Positions 1 to 13,000 are shown, counted from the stretch's first letter. The stretch is DNA of 64,000 bases from Nemertoderma westbladi (GCA_032718475.1 JAUCBJ010001007.1:7674-71673); one strand, 5' to 3'. Numbers and translations: made by a program. Notes: generated by a model not told the origin, from the letters alone.

Positions 1-795
1 GCGCCAGGGTGCGTGGTGTTGATGCCAGTGGCATCTGGGTGTGCAGTGCCGATGCGGGTGGCATCAGGGAGTGCGGCATCGATGCGGGTGGCATCCGGGT
101 CCATTACGTTGATGGGGGGGGGCATCCGGGTGCGTGGCGTCAATGTGGGTTGCATCCGGGTGTGTGGAGTCGATGCATATGGCGTCTGGGTCTGCGACGT
201 CGAAGCGGGTGGCATCTAGGTGCGTGTTGCCGACACAGGTGGCATCTGGGTGCGCGGCATCGATGCAGGTGGCATCCAGGTGTGCGGCGTCGACGTTGGT
301 GGTGTCCGGGAATGGAGTTCCGATGCGGGTGGTGTCCGGGTGCACAGCATCGGTGCCAGTGGCATCAAGATGCGCGGCATCGATGTCAGTGGCGTCTAGG
401 GGCGCAGTGCCGACGCAGGTGGCGCCTAGTTGTGTGGCATCAACATGGGCTGCATCTGGGTGCACGGCTTCGATGCGGGTGGTGTCCGGGGCCGTTACGT
501 GGATGCGGGTGGCATCCGGGTGCGCTACGTCGATGCGAGTGGCGTCAGGGTGCGCTGCGTCGATGTGAGTGGCAACCCAATGTGCGGTGTCAAAGCGGGT
601 GGCGTCCGTGTGTGTGGCGTCGATGCAGGTGTCGTCTGGGTGCGCGGCGTTGATGTGGGTGGCATCCGGGTGCGCAGCATCGATGCGGGGGCATTGGGTG
701 CGCAGCGTCGATGCGGGTGGCATCCGGGTGTGTGGAATCGACGCTGGTGGCATCCGGGTGAGCAGTGTCGATGCGGGTGGCATCAATGTGGTGGG
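1..795. repeat. GC-rich ~30-bp tandem repeat (consensus ~CATCGATGCGGGTGGCATCCGGGTGCGCGG)
   Basis: Unit recurs ~25 times with 30-nt period; overlapping ORFs in several frames have 10-aa periodicity and are artefacts of the repeat. Confidence 0.9.
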
Positions 796-829
796 TGTCC
801 AAGAGCGCAGGAGACTCCTCCTGCAAAGG

Positions 830-1500
830 AGAATCTGATTCGCACAGTAGTTTATAATTTTTATTGATTCGATGTTTGTAGAGTCTAAGCCACCATAATC
901 AGCAGTTTGATCTTCATTAGTCATAGGTTATGAGATTAACAGATCACGCGATTCTGTTCAGGTGATTCTGTTCAGTTTCTTCCTTCTTGATTTCCCATGC
1001 AAGGGACGTAACATTAGTACCGATACCGGTGTTACTTGCCAAGTGTTGGTTATTTCTACATTTGCGATTTCCTTGTACTTGTACTTGTTGCCAAGCACAT
1101 TTGTCATTGTTGCAATCACTAACTGTTTGTCCAAGTTTGTCAAGATCTGTTTTCATATTATCGAGTTTTGGAGTAAAAACGTCTATACGGTCCTCCAGAG
1201 CAGCGCAGAGTGATCCTAATTCAATTTGAATTGCTTCATCCGATTTCTTAAACTTATCGAAGACTTCTGTACGGAGGAGTTTATTTCAGCCTGGAGGCTT
1301 TCTTCAACATTCTGTAAATTATCAGCTATACATTTGCCACAGTAGAATTGCACACGCCCGAAGTTGGAACCCTCACTGACGATGCATATCATAGCGATAA
1401 GAACTTCCAGAGCACTCGACCTCATACTCGCATAGTCCGTCACTTCGAGAAGCCTGCGTCTTGACAGTTGGCCGTGTTGATCCAGTTTTGCTACTCGCGG
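830..1500 (-). pseudogene. Possible decayed ORF1-like fragment of a CR1/L2-type LINE
   Basis: Broken minus-strand ORFs with a Cys motif (FYCGKC), a coiled-coil-like stretch and a WQQVQ..NRK motif resembling LINE ORF1 proteins; weak resemblance only. Confidence 0.25.
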
Positions 1501-2579
1501 TAGAGTTTCAGAGGGTTGTATTGGTAGTACTAATCCTTCCTCTGGGAAGAGACATTATTAATATTAAGTTAATTGATATTATAAAATTAAGTATTACAGT
1601 CAGAAGGCTCAGATGAATGTGTGTGAAGTATACTTTTCCGTAAATTTCCGTAGTGGTTAGGACAACCGTATAACACTATTCAGCTGAGTGATGGGATCAG
1701 AGAGAATTGACTATCACCAAGCAATTATCAATGATCATTTCGAACATAAATACTCCAAATGCCAAATGCTTTTGAGATGTCTATGAAGACACATTATACC
1801 TTGCCCATTGGCATATTTCCAATTGGGGTGTCGTTTCAGCCTATGGAAGTATTTATGGGCTTCTAATTGGCTGTTCCTCCAATAATCTCACCTCATTGTC
1901 TAACACTCTCCCATAGCCAAAAGGTGTGTCGGTTCGGCCCAATTGCCAGAAGGGGTGTCGCTTGGGGAAACTCACTTTTATTACATAATGGGAAATACTT
2001 GTCATTAGTTTTTGTCGCCTTTAAATTAATAAGTACTTCCTGTAGTTTGATTTAAATCTTAAAGTTTGTAATATTTAAACATTAAATACGATCAAGATTT
2101 GTGATTTTAACCACTGCTAGAGGGTGAAATTGCTAAACATTAAACAACCTCGATTTCTTACAGTACCGGTACAGTAGTTGTCAGTCGGTTCAAAACCTTG
2201 GGAATATAACAACAATTAACATTATTCATTTACAAAAGATTACAAATAATTTTTTAATGTTCCTTTTAAAATGTTACTAATTGTTCTAAATGTTACTGAT
2301 TGGTACATACAGTAATCAACTAGCTTATTCGGTTATTAGGCCTATACATACAGTATGTCAATGTCAGTGAGTACGGACAGTGTAGCAGTGACAACCAGAC
2401 GTAGTCTTAGGACGGTAGGACAGTAGGACTACCCTGCTAGTGCTACCTCTATCAGTCTTACAGTCTTAAGGTCAAAGGGTCTACAGTACCTTCAACAACT
2501 GACCACGCATTGAAGCTCACAAATACGCTTTCCCTAGGCGTACTGATTGAGTCAGGCGAACTTCGGATTGGTCAATATC

Positions 2580-3779
2580 TGTTCGCGCTTTCAGACCTTT
2601 AGCAGTTTAACCTGCCAAATTTGGATGTCTTCTAGATTGTAAATCGACTTTAGCCTATGACGAGTATTTGATACACTACATTAGCCGAAGCCAGTCTATG
2701 CGCGACCATTCACCCGCTGGATATACCCGGGAAACTGGATTCGGAAGCCTAACCGTATTGCGGGGTAGGCCTACTGTATTATTCGACTATATATTCTATA
2801 TCGGCAATATATATAATCTCTGACAAATATTATTCACTTTCGGGAAATATTAACAGTTCCTTTAGGACGTGGCGCTCTAAATATGTAAACAGAGTTATGA
2901 CTTAAACTAGACACAACTGGATGGCTATGGATTCACGTATATAGCGCATTCTTTAGGAGATGCTTTGTTATCAGTCACAATCATACACACTACTGCACAA
3001 TGCTGCACACCGATCTGCCGACCTTCACTAATTTTAGTCACATATAAAGAGAACAACAACCGACTCATGTAGTGCCTATGAAATAGCATTAGATTCACTC
3101 CAAAACCACTTTAATGTAAGTCGCAATTGTTATATGTAACCGGTCTCTCTAACCTCCAGTATATCAAGAAGATTGGGGTTTCTGATTATTGATCGATATT
3201 ATCCAAATATAATAATATTCCATCAACCGATATAATTAATGACCGACAGTAAATAGCAGTAAAAATGCGGTGTTTGTAGTTGACAATATGATTAGGTGAG
3301 TTATGTTATGATTGATTTGTTAAGATAACAGATATACGTTTCTATGATTAAGCCTACTAATGTTGGGCTAAAGCCTGAAAACACAGAGATTCCAAAGCCG
3401 GTCTTCTGGGCTCAGGAAAAAAGGTAAACATTGACCCATAATGCATTGCGCGATTTCCCTGAGGTTTCTGTACAAAAAGCAGGAGAATCGCTCTGATTGG
3501 TTGACCGAACAAAGAAACGACAGAGAACAAAGAAAAAGCTCCACGTGTACAGATCAGCTGTTAGCTGTCGTCATAGTAACTACACTGCTTCAAGAGGATT
3601 TAGCGTATTGCGACATAGAATTGCTAGTTATGTCCGCTAAATTACACATACAGAAGAAATGGCTTTTTATGTCCACTAAAACACCGTTACAGTAAGGAAA
3701 CGGCTTTTGATGTCCGTTAAAACACCTACAGAGTACTTTGCGGGAAAAATAACCAGCTAATTCCGCAAAAGCTTTTACA
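2580..3779 (-). mobile_element. Solo LTR of a Bel/Pao family related to element A
   Basis: Minus strand begins TGTAAAAGCTTTTGCGGA (identical to the element A LTR start) and ends ...GGCAGGTTAAACTGCTAAAGGTCTGAAAGCGCGAACA; flanked by 5-bp TSD ATATC (2575-2579, 3780-3784). Confidence 0.9.
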
Positions 3780-4454
3780 ATATCTGAATGAAAATATATA
3801 CCAAATATGAGGGAAAGTGTACTGTAGTTGTATTTGGCATTTCGCCGCTTACAGGGTGGACAATTTGGTACTAGCATTATTTATTTTACCCAGATTTCTA
3901 CCACACTGTCAGAAACTGTCAGCTAACGGCCCTACCTTTGTTGTCGGCCGATCTCGCTGGCGCCTCGGTAGTCCCCATATCCCCATCCCAACCAAAGTGT
4001 GGCTCTATAAACCTCACCCTTCCCCCTCAACCCCCACAAAGAATCATCTTAAGTTCACACCCCATGATGTCCTGGGTTGTCAGCGTGTTTTAGTGCGCAC
4101 TCTGGTGATGTAAGTGCGCAAATTGGCCCAGAAGACATCAATGATTACCAGTACGAACAGAAATAGGTGCTTACTCTTGACCTAATGGCATGGAAGAATG
4201 TGAATTGATACCAACAAAAATAACATTCGAAAAGAATAAGAGGAAATTAAGGACCTTTCAATACCCTATTGGCATTTTACCCCGACTGGGGTGTAGTTAA
4301 TAAATAAAAAAAAAATACCCTATTGGAACCAGAACACAGCAGTATTACATCCTAATCAACAAAAAGTGAAGAAACAGTCAGTTTGAGTGCCAGCAAACCC
4401 AGGACAAGCAAGCGAATCACCTATAATTAACTGGGAGAAATTCAAATCATCATA

Positions 4455-4795
4455 TATATCAATTGATTGTGTCACCCTGTTTCTTGCGTTATACGGGTTT
4501 GTGAGGGTTCTGAATTCAATAGGATAAGTAGAAATTGCATAAGAGTTTTCTAACTTGTATTTTTCGCCAGTGGGTGAAAATTGTTGTGCCAGCTACGAAT
4601 TTTTGAAAATATGCAAATTGATAAATAGATAGTATCATCTTGTTTCTTGCCTTATACGGGTTTATGAGGGTCTTGAATCCGATGGAGTCAATAAAAACAA
4701 CAAGGGACATCTCAAACTTGTACTTTTTAGTGATGGGTTCAAAATTTGGTGCTAGAACAAAAATTTGCCATTTTACGCCGAAAAATACGTGGAGC
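4455..4795 (+). repeat. Fragment of a non-autonomous DNA transposon with internal tandem units; same family as 48.4-49.5 kb
   Basis: Shares TTCTTGCGTTATACGGGTT..TGAGGGT..TGAAT and GGACATCTCAAACTTG..GATGGGTTC.AAATTTGGTGCTAG with ~49120-49260. Confidence 0.7.
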
Positions 4796-5479
4796 AACCT
4801 CCTGGTGTAGCTCGATTACTTCTTTCAAGATACGCCACGTTACAGCCTCACCAATACCATCCCCTATAACAGCGATGTTATCAGATGACTGGGATAAGCT
4901 GATATTAGAGTCCTCCTCCCTGTACAAGCTGATGAGTGACTTTAATTGAGCATTTGTCATATTGTTAACCTGTGGTCCCTATAGCCTCCTAGCGTCAGCG
5001 ATATTGGTGGGTTGATTTGCATCCAATTAAATAGACTTCAGGCCAATACTCTGCGATTAGCCTCGTATATGCAATCCCTCTAGCGAGCAAACTTTCAATT
5101 TGTCAAATTTGTTTTTTTAAAGGTGTTTAACAACTTTTAAATTAAAAAATATTTGCTGTATAATATAGTTAATTATTATTTATTTTACCAAAATGGTGTC
5201 AACAGTTCTCCCTGATCTTATCCAACTACTACTAGGATCGGCATGCTGCATTGCAGCTGCATTTTTAAGAATGCTGTGCCGGCTTGTCAACAAAATTGCA
5301 CCGCTACAACTCCCTATCACCCATGACATTTGCTAGATCATCCGCATCTTTAAGGCCAGTGTCCTTTAAGATGCGTCTCAGAAAGTCATGGGCTGTCCAC
5401 CATGCTTATTCACTCCATGAGGCTGCCAAAGTACAAGATTATGCACTGGCTGGTCCTCACGGCGAAAGCAATGTCCTGC

Positions 5480-6045
5480 AAATACCGACCATAGGGAAGC
5501 ACAATATAGACTGTAACAATAACATTTAAACAAATTGACTTTATAGAATTCGTACAGTTTGAAAAATATCTTGTAAGTTGATTGCCACGGCAATAATAAG
5601 ACAGAGAACATTTGTACGTTTCATATCGGCTTCATCAGAAAGGTTACATGAGAGCACATGACCTAGATATGTAAATTCTAGAACACATGGTAATATTTTT
5701 CCTCCCAAAAAAACATCACCGGCCCTACCTATTTGAAACGGTAAGAAATATAAACATTTGTATTTAGATGGGTTAAAGATAATATCATGTTCAATACAAT
5801 ATTTTTCACAAATTCTGATAAGTAGTCGCAATCCCTGAAAACTGGGAGATAATAAGCAAATGTCATCCGCATAAAATAAATGATTAATTATCAGATCATA
5901 AATTGAACAACCGACTGTAATCTTACTTAGTTATATACTTAAATCATTCATATATATATATTGAATAATAAAGGTGATAAGAGACTACCTTGCCTCACAC
6001 CATTTGTTACCCTAAAACTATCAGATTTTACAGCACCCCAACTTT
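5480..6045 (-). pseudogene. Non-LTR retrotransposon RT relic (L2/CR1/Daphne-like)
   Basis: Minus-strand translation gives NGVRQGSLLSP, HLFYADDICLLSPS, IIFNPSKYKC, FTYLGHVL and CYSLYCASLW, with frameshifts. Confidence 0.8.
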
Positions 6046-6508
6046 AATTAACTGATTAGTATACGAAAATTCTAATATGCGTACAATACAGTAATAAATA
6101 GCGATCTTCTTCTTTGGTAACTTTCTCTAAAGTTTCTTCGATTGGACGTTTTGACATAATAGATTACAGTACAGTACTTGACATACAGCAGCTAGTCCCG
6201 TCACTACAATCAGAATAATCAAGCAGAATGCTTAGTTATCTCCAGGTTATTGATTACCGGTACTTTGAAGCGTTCCGTCCTATAGGCCGCAAACGCTGCA
6301 AAGTGGTACCTTGCAGCGTTACGAGTAATTCACCCGAACGCTGATAAGTTGATATAATTTAACAAAATATAAATAGTAAAATAAATAATAAAATCCGTTC
6401 TCTTTATGTACAATTTTGATCTTTTGTGTATCCTGGTAATTGTGTTCCAGAATATTGACATTAAGCTATAGTATAAATGAAAACGATTAAATTAGAATTA
6501 GAGTTGAT

Positions 6509-8119
6509 ATGTATATATTTAATGTATTATTGGTAATAATATTATTTTATTTAACAAACTCATTGGCAACTTCCAAAATAAATAATATTACATTTACTAA
6601 TTTGACTAGTGTATTGGAGTCTCTCACTGCAAACTATGATAATCGTATTCGGCCTTATTTTAACCAAAAACCTCTGGAGATTTCTGTTACCTTAAGTATT
6701 GATTCTATAGGACCTATCAGTGAGACGGATATGAATTTTAGAGTAGACTTCGCTCTACGGCAGTATTGGACTGACCCTCGTCTTAATTTTACAGATAATA
6801 TTACTATCATAGACGGAAAACCATTACCAATATCTTCAACATTTCTTTCGCAACTGTGGCTGCCAGACACCTACTTCCCTAACTCGTTACGATCTAATAA
6901 ACATGATGTTATGACACCTAATGTGTTGCTACGTTTATACCAAACTGGGGAAATCCTCTACAGCGCAAGGGTCACGGTTATTACCAGATGTCCTATGTCA
7001 TTATCATATTTTCCAATGGATTATCAGAAATGTGATTTGCAAATTGGAAACTATGGATACACAACAGATCACGTTCGCTTGACGTGGAAAAAATATATAA
7101 ACAAGTCTGAAAGGGCAGTACAACTAGCTCCAAAAATCAAACTCTCTCAGTTTTCCTTCAAGGGTTACAGCATAAACGCAACATCTGATAAGTATTCAAC
7201 TGGGTTTTACTCGAACCTTAAAGTTACATTTGCATTCCACAGAGAAATCACGTATTATCTCCTCCGTCTATATCTACCGGCTGCCATAATTGTTGCATTA
7301 TCTTGGACTTCCTTTTGGGTAAGTGCAATTTCAGCATCGACACGGGCAACCATTTCAGTGACCACTATACTTGCACTAATTACACTGCTCGGATCAACTG
7401 CTACAATAATACCAAAAGTAAGTGAGGTTAAAGCGCTCGATATTTACTTTGCATTATGTTTTATGTATGTCTTTGCTACCCTGTTAATATTCACGGTTAT
7501 CCATTACTTCGCTAGTAGATTCAAACGCAAAGCAGCCAAAGCAGCACTTCAACGTCTAGAAACCATGGTGGAAAGCAATACCGATGACGCAGTGACAACT
7601 AGTTCGCATCTCTCAGAGCACAGGGTGCGGATAAATCTGGATGCTAATGGAAATACTATTACTACAAGTAATATAATTTTAGTAAAAGAGGAACATTATT
7701 CTGGAGATAAACAATATTCCGAAACATGCAGCAGTGATGTGCGTTGTATTCCATCAGTTAGCCAAACGTTTGGAGACATTAGCAAGAGATCCAGAGGCAA
7801 ATGTTTTATAATAATTGAATATTTCAGAAGAATTTTATATAATGCTAGGAATATTTGTACCAGAACTAATAATAGAGTAGAAACAAGTGAGCAACCACGT
7901 CCAAGTGATAAAGATTATCGCAGTCCCAGTATAGCGGCTGTGAGTGGTGATGTTAATCCAAACAATCCAGGAGAGCAATTGTTTCAATATATTGATTACT
8001 GCTGCCGAAGATTATTCCCTGTATCCTTTATTACTATTAATGGCTTATATTTTGCGTTATATCTTCAATTAGCTGATGGCGAATATGACCTACCTACTTA
8101 CCAGATGACATCATCATAA
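6509..8119 (+). CDS. Cys-loop pentameric ligand-gated ion channel subunit (GABA-A/GlyR/GluCl-like), single coding exon, copy 1
   Basis: 536 aa; signal peptide; YDNRIRP; loop D LRQYWTDPRL; loop A LWLPDTYF; Cys-loop CPMSLSYFPMDYQKC; M1 YLPAAIIVALSWTSFWV; M2 RATISVTTILALIT; M3 KALDIY; M4 IDYCCRRLFP. Confidence 0.95.
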   Translation: MYIFNVLLVIILFYLTNSLATSKINNITFTNLTSVLESLTANYDNRIRPYFNQKPLEISVTLSIDSIGPISETDMNFRVDFALRQYWTDPRLNFTDNITIIDGKPLPISSTFLSQLWLPDTYFPNSLRSNKHDVMTPNVLLRLYQTGEILYSARVTVITRCPMSLSYFPMDYQKCDLQIGNYGYTTDHVRLTWKKYINKSERAVQLAPKIKLSQFSFKGYSINATSDKYSTGFYSNLKVTFAFHREITYYLLRLYLPAAIIVALSWTSFWVSAISASTRATISVTTILALITLLGSTATIIPKVSEVKALDIYFALCFMYVFATLLIFTVIHYFASRFKRKAAKAALQRLETMVESNTDDAVTTSSHLSEHRVRINLDANGNTITTSNIILVKEEHYSGDKQYSETCSSDVRCIPSVSQTFGDISKRSRGKCFIIIEYFRRILYNARNICTRTNNRVETSEQPRPSDKDYRSPSIAAVSGDVNPNNPGEQLFQYIDYCCRRLFPVSFITINGLYFALYLQLADGEYDLPTYQMTSS

Positions 8120-9189
8120 AGCAAGTTCTACATGAACTGACTTTAAATAATTCTTGCCTTTTAAGCACATTATTGTTTCAAAAGCAAGTTTGTATTGTTG
8201 CTGAGAAAATGTAATAAATAAATTAAAATTAATTAATTAAACGCACTAATTAAGGTTTGTCAATACTTTGAATTGGCACGACTGTAGACCATGTCCTGGA
8301 ATATAGTGTATTTATTCAGGCAGCCTACATGCGCCCCCAACTTCCAAATTTTTATACTAATCTTATGAGATTCCATGAAATTTGAGCCATAATTTTTATT
8401 TCCACTTACATTATTAGCTACAATCGTTTGAAAAGATGACTCCTTCGAGATTATTGCACCAGTTACATTGCAGTTATTCTTCAACATTATGGCCGATTTC
8501 TTGCGTGTTGCGTTATAAGCAGATCCCTTCAGCTCTATATTTCCAACCTAAAATGGGAGGGAGCCAATTTAACAATATTGGACACAGAGAAATACCAAGC
8601 CATTAAGTGGGCCCTACAAGCCCACTTACAGCCACTGGGAAAGCCAAGGTATACCAAGCGAGGGATGATGCAATAGAGCCAGCTGGTGGGTGAGTAAGAC
8701 CCATTGGGAGGAGGGCGGCATGTCTCAGTGCTGTATCGACCAGAGGCCAATGAATGTGATAGCCTATTATAGGCAACGTATTTTTCCCTATATGTATTAC
8801 CAGTCATTCATTATACAACCAGTTGGCATTCTGTTCCATAGTGTAGAGGTGAATAGTTTCCACTGCTACGCAAGCTGTATTACCAGTATATTAATCATTC
8901 AGTCTATAGTCAATTAACAACAGTAAAGGCAAACTCTTCTTTTTCAATGGCCCATGGACAAGTCAGTCCATTTACCAGTCAGCCAGCTTGGGCGTAGGAA
9001 CAACCACCATCAAGTCAACTGATCGGGATCTCTCACCAACCAAGATCCCATCACAGTGGAAACTATAACCAAACAGTCAGTGGAAAACTAGAACTCAGTC
9101 AGACAGTCAGTCCAAACGATGATGCAACAGGGTTCCGAGAGGGGAACCACCCCACTGGGAATCCCCAGTGAATGAGATATAACCATTTG

Positions 9190-11290
9190 GGAGGCAGCAA
9201 CCCCTATACCAGAGAGGCCCGCTACACCAGATCCATCATAGGGAGGTGGATCGGTTGGAGATGAGGAACGTGGACGGGTATGGGGAAAGGAGCGCAGGTT
9301 GAGACAAGACGACGGTAAGACGACGATGACGAGGATGGACAGCCAGGAGGTTCAGGAAGAGTACATAACTGAGAGTCAGCGGCTAATGAGGGTCTATAAT
9401 GCCACCAGGAGAAGAGTGAAGAGGAGCAAACAGGTAGATCAAGCCAAGCTGAGAATGAAACTCAGTGAGTCAAACAGATATTTTCATTATTCTTCCCGAT
9501 TTGGGCAGGGAGAACTGTCGAATCAGAGGGTGCGGGAGGTCGCAGAACTGTTCACAGAGCAGAACTGTTCGAACTAAAGCTATCTGGGGTGGTAGTGGTA
9601 GATAAAGTGTACATAGGGCCATATCTGATCGATACACAGGGGATAGAATTAGTGGGAAGGGCGGGTTCGATCGACACCAACCCCGAGGTAAACCCAGAGG
9701 ATTCTGTATCATCTCTCAGTAGGGACAAAACAGCCACACAAATTAGTAAAATTAGTGGGGGATGGATGTCCGTCATTTCCAAAAAGTCCATATCCTCCAT
9801 AAAAGCAAGAAGGGTGTTGGAAATAGATGGTGTGTCAGCTAGACCTGCTTGTATTGGATCAAAAGGAGTTGGAATGGTGTTTAGAGGAGGATAGTGCTTC
9901 CTTAGAGAGAGAACGGAAATTGGCTAATGACTGTAGAGATAGGAAGCAGAGTGGGCCGAGAGAGAGACAAATGCGTGTAGAGAGTGGGCTGAGAGAGAGG
10001 CGAATGCGTGTAGAGAGTGGGCCGATAGAGAAGCATAGCAGGCTGAGAGAGAGGCGAATGAGCACAAATAGTGGGCTGTGAAGGCCGAAACAGGTGTTAC
10101 TACACAAAATAATATTTTAATAAATAACCAAAATAATACTGGTACTGGCACAATAAACAATACACAAAGGTGACGATGTACAAAAAAACAATTCAATGGA
10201 CAATATTATAGATAATAATATTATAATGAATAATGACGTAATAAATAATTTGCCTAGGCCACACTACGCACTCCGCACTTGCTGCCTGCAAGGCCACACA
10301 GAAATGCAGATGGGGATAAAGGTGGGTCATGCTAGGGGCAGTAGAATTGACATGTCAACCAGAAGAGTGTGTGAAAAAGGGGATAACTGAGATGTTAATG
10401 GAAATGGGCGGGGGGCGCATGCGGTGAAACAAAACTCGTAGTGCCAATGCTGGAAGAGAATAGACGGTCAGTGAATATCTACGAGGCCGTACAACCAGGT
10501 AGGGGACGAGGTGGTCATGTCATAATCGGCAAAATCAAGGAATGTCGAACCCATTCGGAAGATGGATGGAGAACAGTAGCATTCATCCAGGAGGTCGATA
10601 TGAGATATCATGAATGTTAGATATAATGCCTGGAGTGAACAATGTGAGGAGGACACGATAATTAATAGAGGAAACATTGCTACGAGCAACTGGAGAAGTT
10701 TAGATAGGATGGACAGTGAACCATCGATATTCGAGGTAGAGAAGACAAACCAGTGGGACTTAACTTCTGGAGATTGCTGTCTCCCCGAAGAAACGCAGCC
10801 CTTGGGGATTTACACTACGCACTGGAAGAGGGATATAGAATTTACCGAGAGGAAGAATGAAACGAGATGATGAGAGAGGATCGAAGAGAATCTTCCCATC
10901 GGATGTAGCCACTTATCGTGAGTTTGGTGGTGTCTGGGAGGTCTTCTTGGAATATTCGAGAAGAGTAAACTTCAGTCCGGAGAACCACATACAGACTGAA
11001 CATACTATATAAAATATATATAAAATTAAAATAACGACCCCCTCAGATGCAAATATTAATTGTGATACGCAGAAATGGAAGGGATCATTACCCCTGATGC
11101 TATATCCGATGCAAGGAAGATTGACTAGCTGAAAGAATACAGTGACATCAGCATATAAGGAACCAACATCTGTACCATCGACTGCGCTATAGATCTAAGC
11201 TATGGGGATGACAACAGTTATTCATACGCTAAAAACGAGAATAGAAAATGGACGCCTTGGGTCACCCCAAGGTCAATATAGATAGAATAT
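9190..11290 (+). pseudogene. Probable heavily decayed Bel/Pao internal relic
   Basis: Broken charged, coiled-coil gag-like ORFs (9299-10081) and an integrase-like FGGVWE peptide at ~10924-10941; boundaries uncertain. Confidence 0.3.
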
Positions 11291-13000
11291 ACACAATGTA
11301 AATAACATAATAATAGACCCACCCTACAGTACAAATTATTTAATCAGGCAGTTTGACTTACTTTATAGATAAAATTTTAACCCCCCAAATTACGTTTGAT
11401 ATCCGTATGCAGAGCCGGATCAAGCCCGGTGGGGGCCCCTGTGCACATGATTGGTGGGGGCCCCTGATCGATCAGAGATAGAGAGATATATTTAGATTTA
11501 AACGATTATTATAATAAAACAAAGAATAATAATACAAAAAGAATCTATCCAGTATACGTACAGTACTTTATTTAAAAAACAACTTTACGAGCCTTGCGAG
11601 ACGCAAAGTCGTGTATAATATGGACTAAAGCACAACCAGGTGCGCTTGAAAGACTTTGTGTTCTTTAGCTTGCGTTCAAACATGCTACACCACACTTCCG
11701 AGCTACTGAACGTCCTTCCTTCTGAACTGTCTGCACTGCGGACAGTTCAAGTAACTTTGGATCCGCATGCTGTAGCTTGGACACATCCAAGTTAATCACA
11801 GCATCAATTCGAACGTCAGTTCGAAGTTCGCCACAGGCCGACATTACATTCAACAAGCAGGACTTTAGGTTCCGTCTCTGGATCTTGCTTCATATCTATG
11901 TCTCCCTCTTGGATCTCACAGTCATAGTCCGTACCTGGTAAATAACTGGAGCCAGCATCACACCGTCGCCACTCTCTTCACGTATTGCTGCCCCTGCCAC
12001 TGGTCCAAAGAAAGCTGTAAGTGGCTGTGTTCCTGCAATAGCCGCAGATTCCTTGCGTCTCCTCTCTTTACGTTTTTCATGGCCAGACATTTGCTTTCGT
12101 TTCTTTTCGACGTGTCGTTCTGCTGATCGGTCTGCCATAGCTACAGTTAGCAAAACAGTACTGTATACATGTAGTGTACTTTAGACCTAATGCTGTAAGT
12201 TGTACTCACAGACTGAACATCAAACTGAAACTTTATAGCTTATACGTGTAGGCCTACTCCTAATAGTGAATAACTGAAACATTTATGTACTAAACCACTG
12301 TACTTTCCTGTAAGTTTTTCTGTTTATTTTTTTCATAATTTTTTGAGTGTTGAGTGGTGGAGGCCCCTCAGTGGTGAAGGCCCCCTAACACCATTTTCAG
12401 GCTCGTATCTAAACCAACCAGCGCACTGCTCAGTTTTGGCAGTCCTTTTCCCTTACCTTTGTGGCGCCTTGTGTCAGCGCACCCCAAGTCCTACACCTAC
12501 ACCAACCAGCAGTCATCACTCAGTATGTTCAGCTGTCCCTTTTCGGCTGTCCCTTTTAAGCTGTCCCTTTTCAGCTGTCCCTTACACGTGCAGCGCCTGG
12601 TGTCAGCATACCCCGGGTCCTTTTCAGAATCGTGATACACCAACTGGCGTCACTAGCAGTGTCTAGTGTCATTAGACCCCGAGTCCTTTTCAGGCTCGTG
12701 ATAAGCTGACCAGAGTACTGCTTGGGTTTTTGTCCCTTAGCACTAGGCAGGGCCTAGGCTTGGCAATCAGAAACTCTACCTAAAGCCAGTAGTACTTATT
12801 TCTTGGAACTTTGGGTCTCAACTTAAACAAGGGGATTTGACGGTTTATAGACAGTTGTCCGTCAAAACCATCAAAAATAGAGTAAGTTTAATTATATGAA
12901 TTTCTAGTTTTTTGTAGGTGTTACCCGGGATTTTTTGGAATATTCATTTTATTGAATTTATATATTTTATTAATTGCCCGTTATAAAATTGAAAAATACG
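11290..13000 (+). repeat. Dispersed repeat with GTCCTTTTCAGGCTCGT cores, interrupted by the hAT; paralog of 55.56-56.93 kb
   Basis: TTTTAACCCCCCAAATTACGTTTGATA (~11375) matches ~55651; CTAGGC..CTCTACCT..GCCA..GTACT (~12745-12800) matches ~56640-56700; core motif at ~12393, ~12617 and ~12681. Confidence 0.65.
11410..12390 (-). mobile_element. Internally deleted hAT (ZMYM1/Tip100-like) transposon
   Basis: Terminus CAGAGCCGG with GGGCCCC subterminal motifs; minus strand keeps the N-terminal MSGHEKRKERRRK..QPLTAFF and C-terminal IIHDFASRKARKV transposase motifs; the other TIR was not found. Confidence 0.65.

Noticed and set aside
9-924. Several overlapping 68-286 aa ORFs
   Set aside because: Translations of a stop-poor 30-bp tandem repeat in multiple frames and on both strands.
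1690-1990. Possible LINE 3' ends here and at ~4130-4320 (CCC.TTGGCAT..TGGGGTGT)
   Set aside because: Similarity too short to classify without a repeat library.
8530-9200. Possible LTR plus PBS (TGGGAGGCAGC) ahead of the 9.2-11.3 kb relic
   Set aside because: No second LTR, TSD or clear TG...CA limits found.
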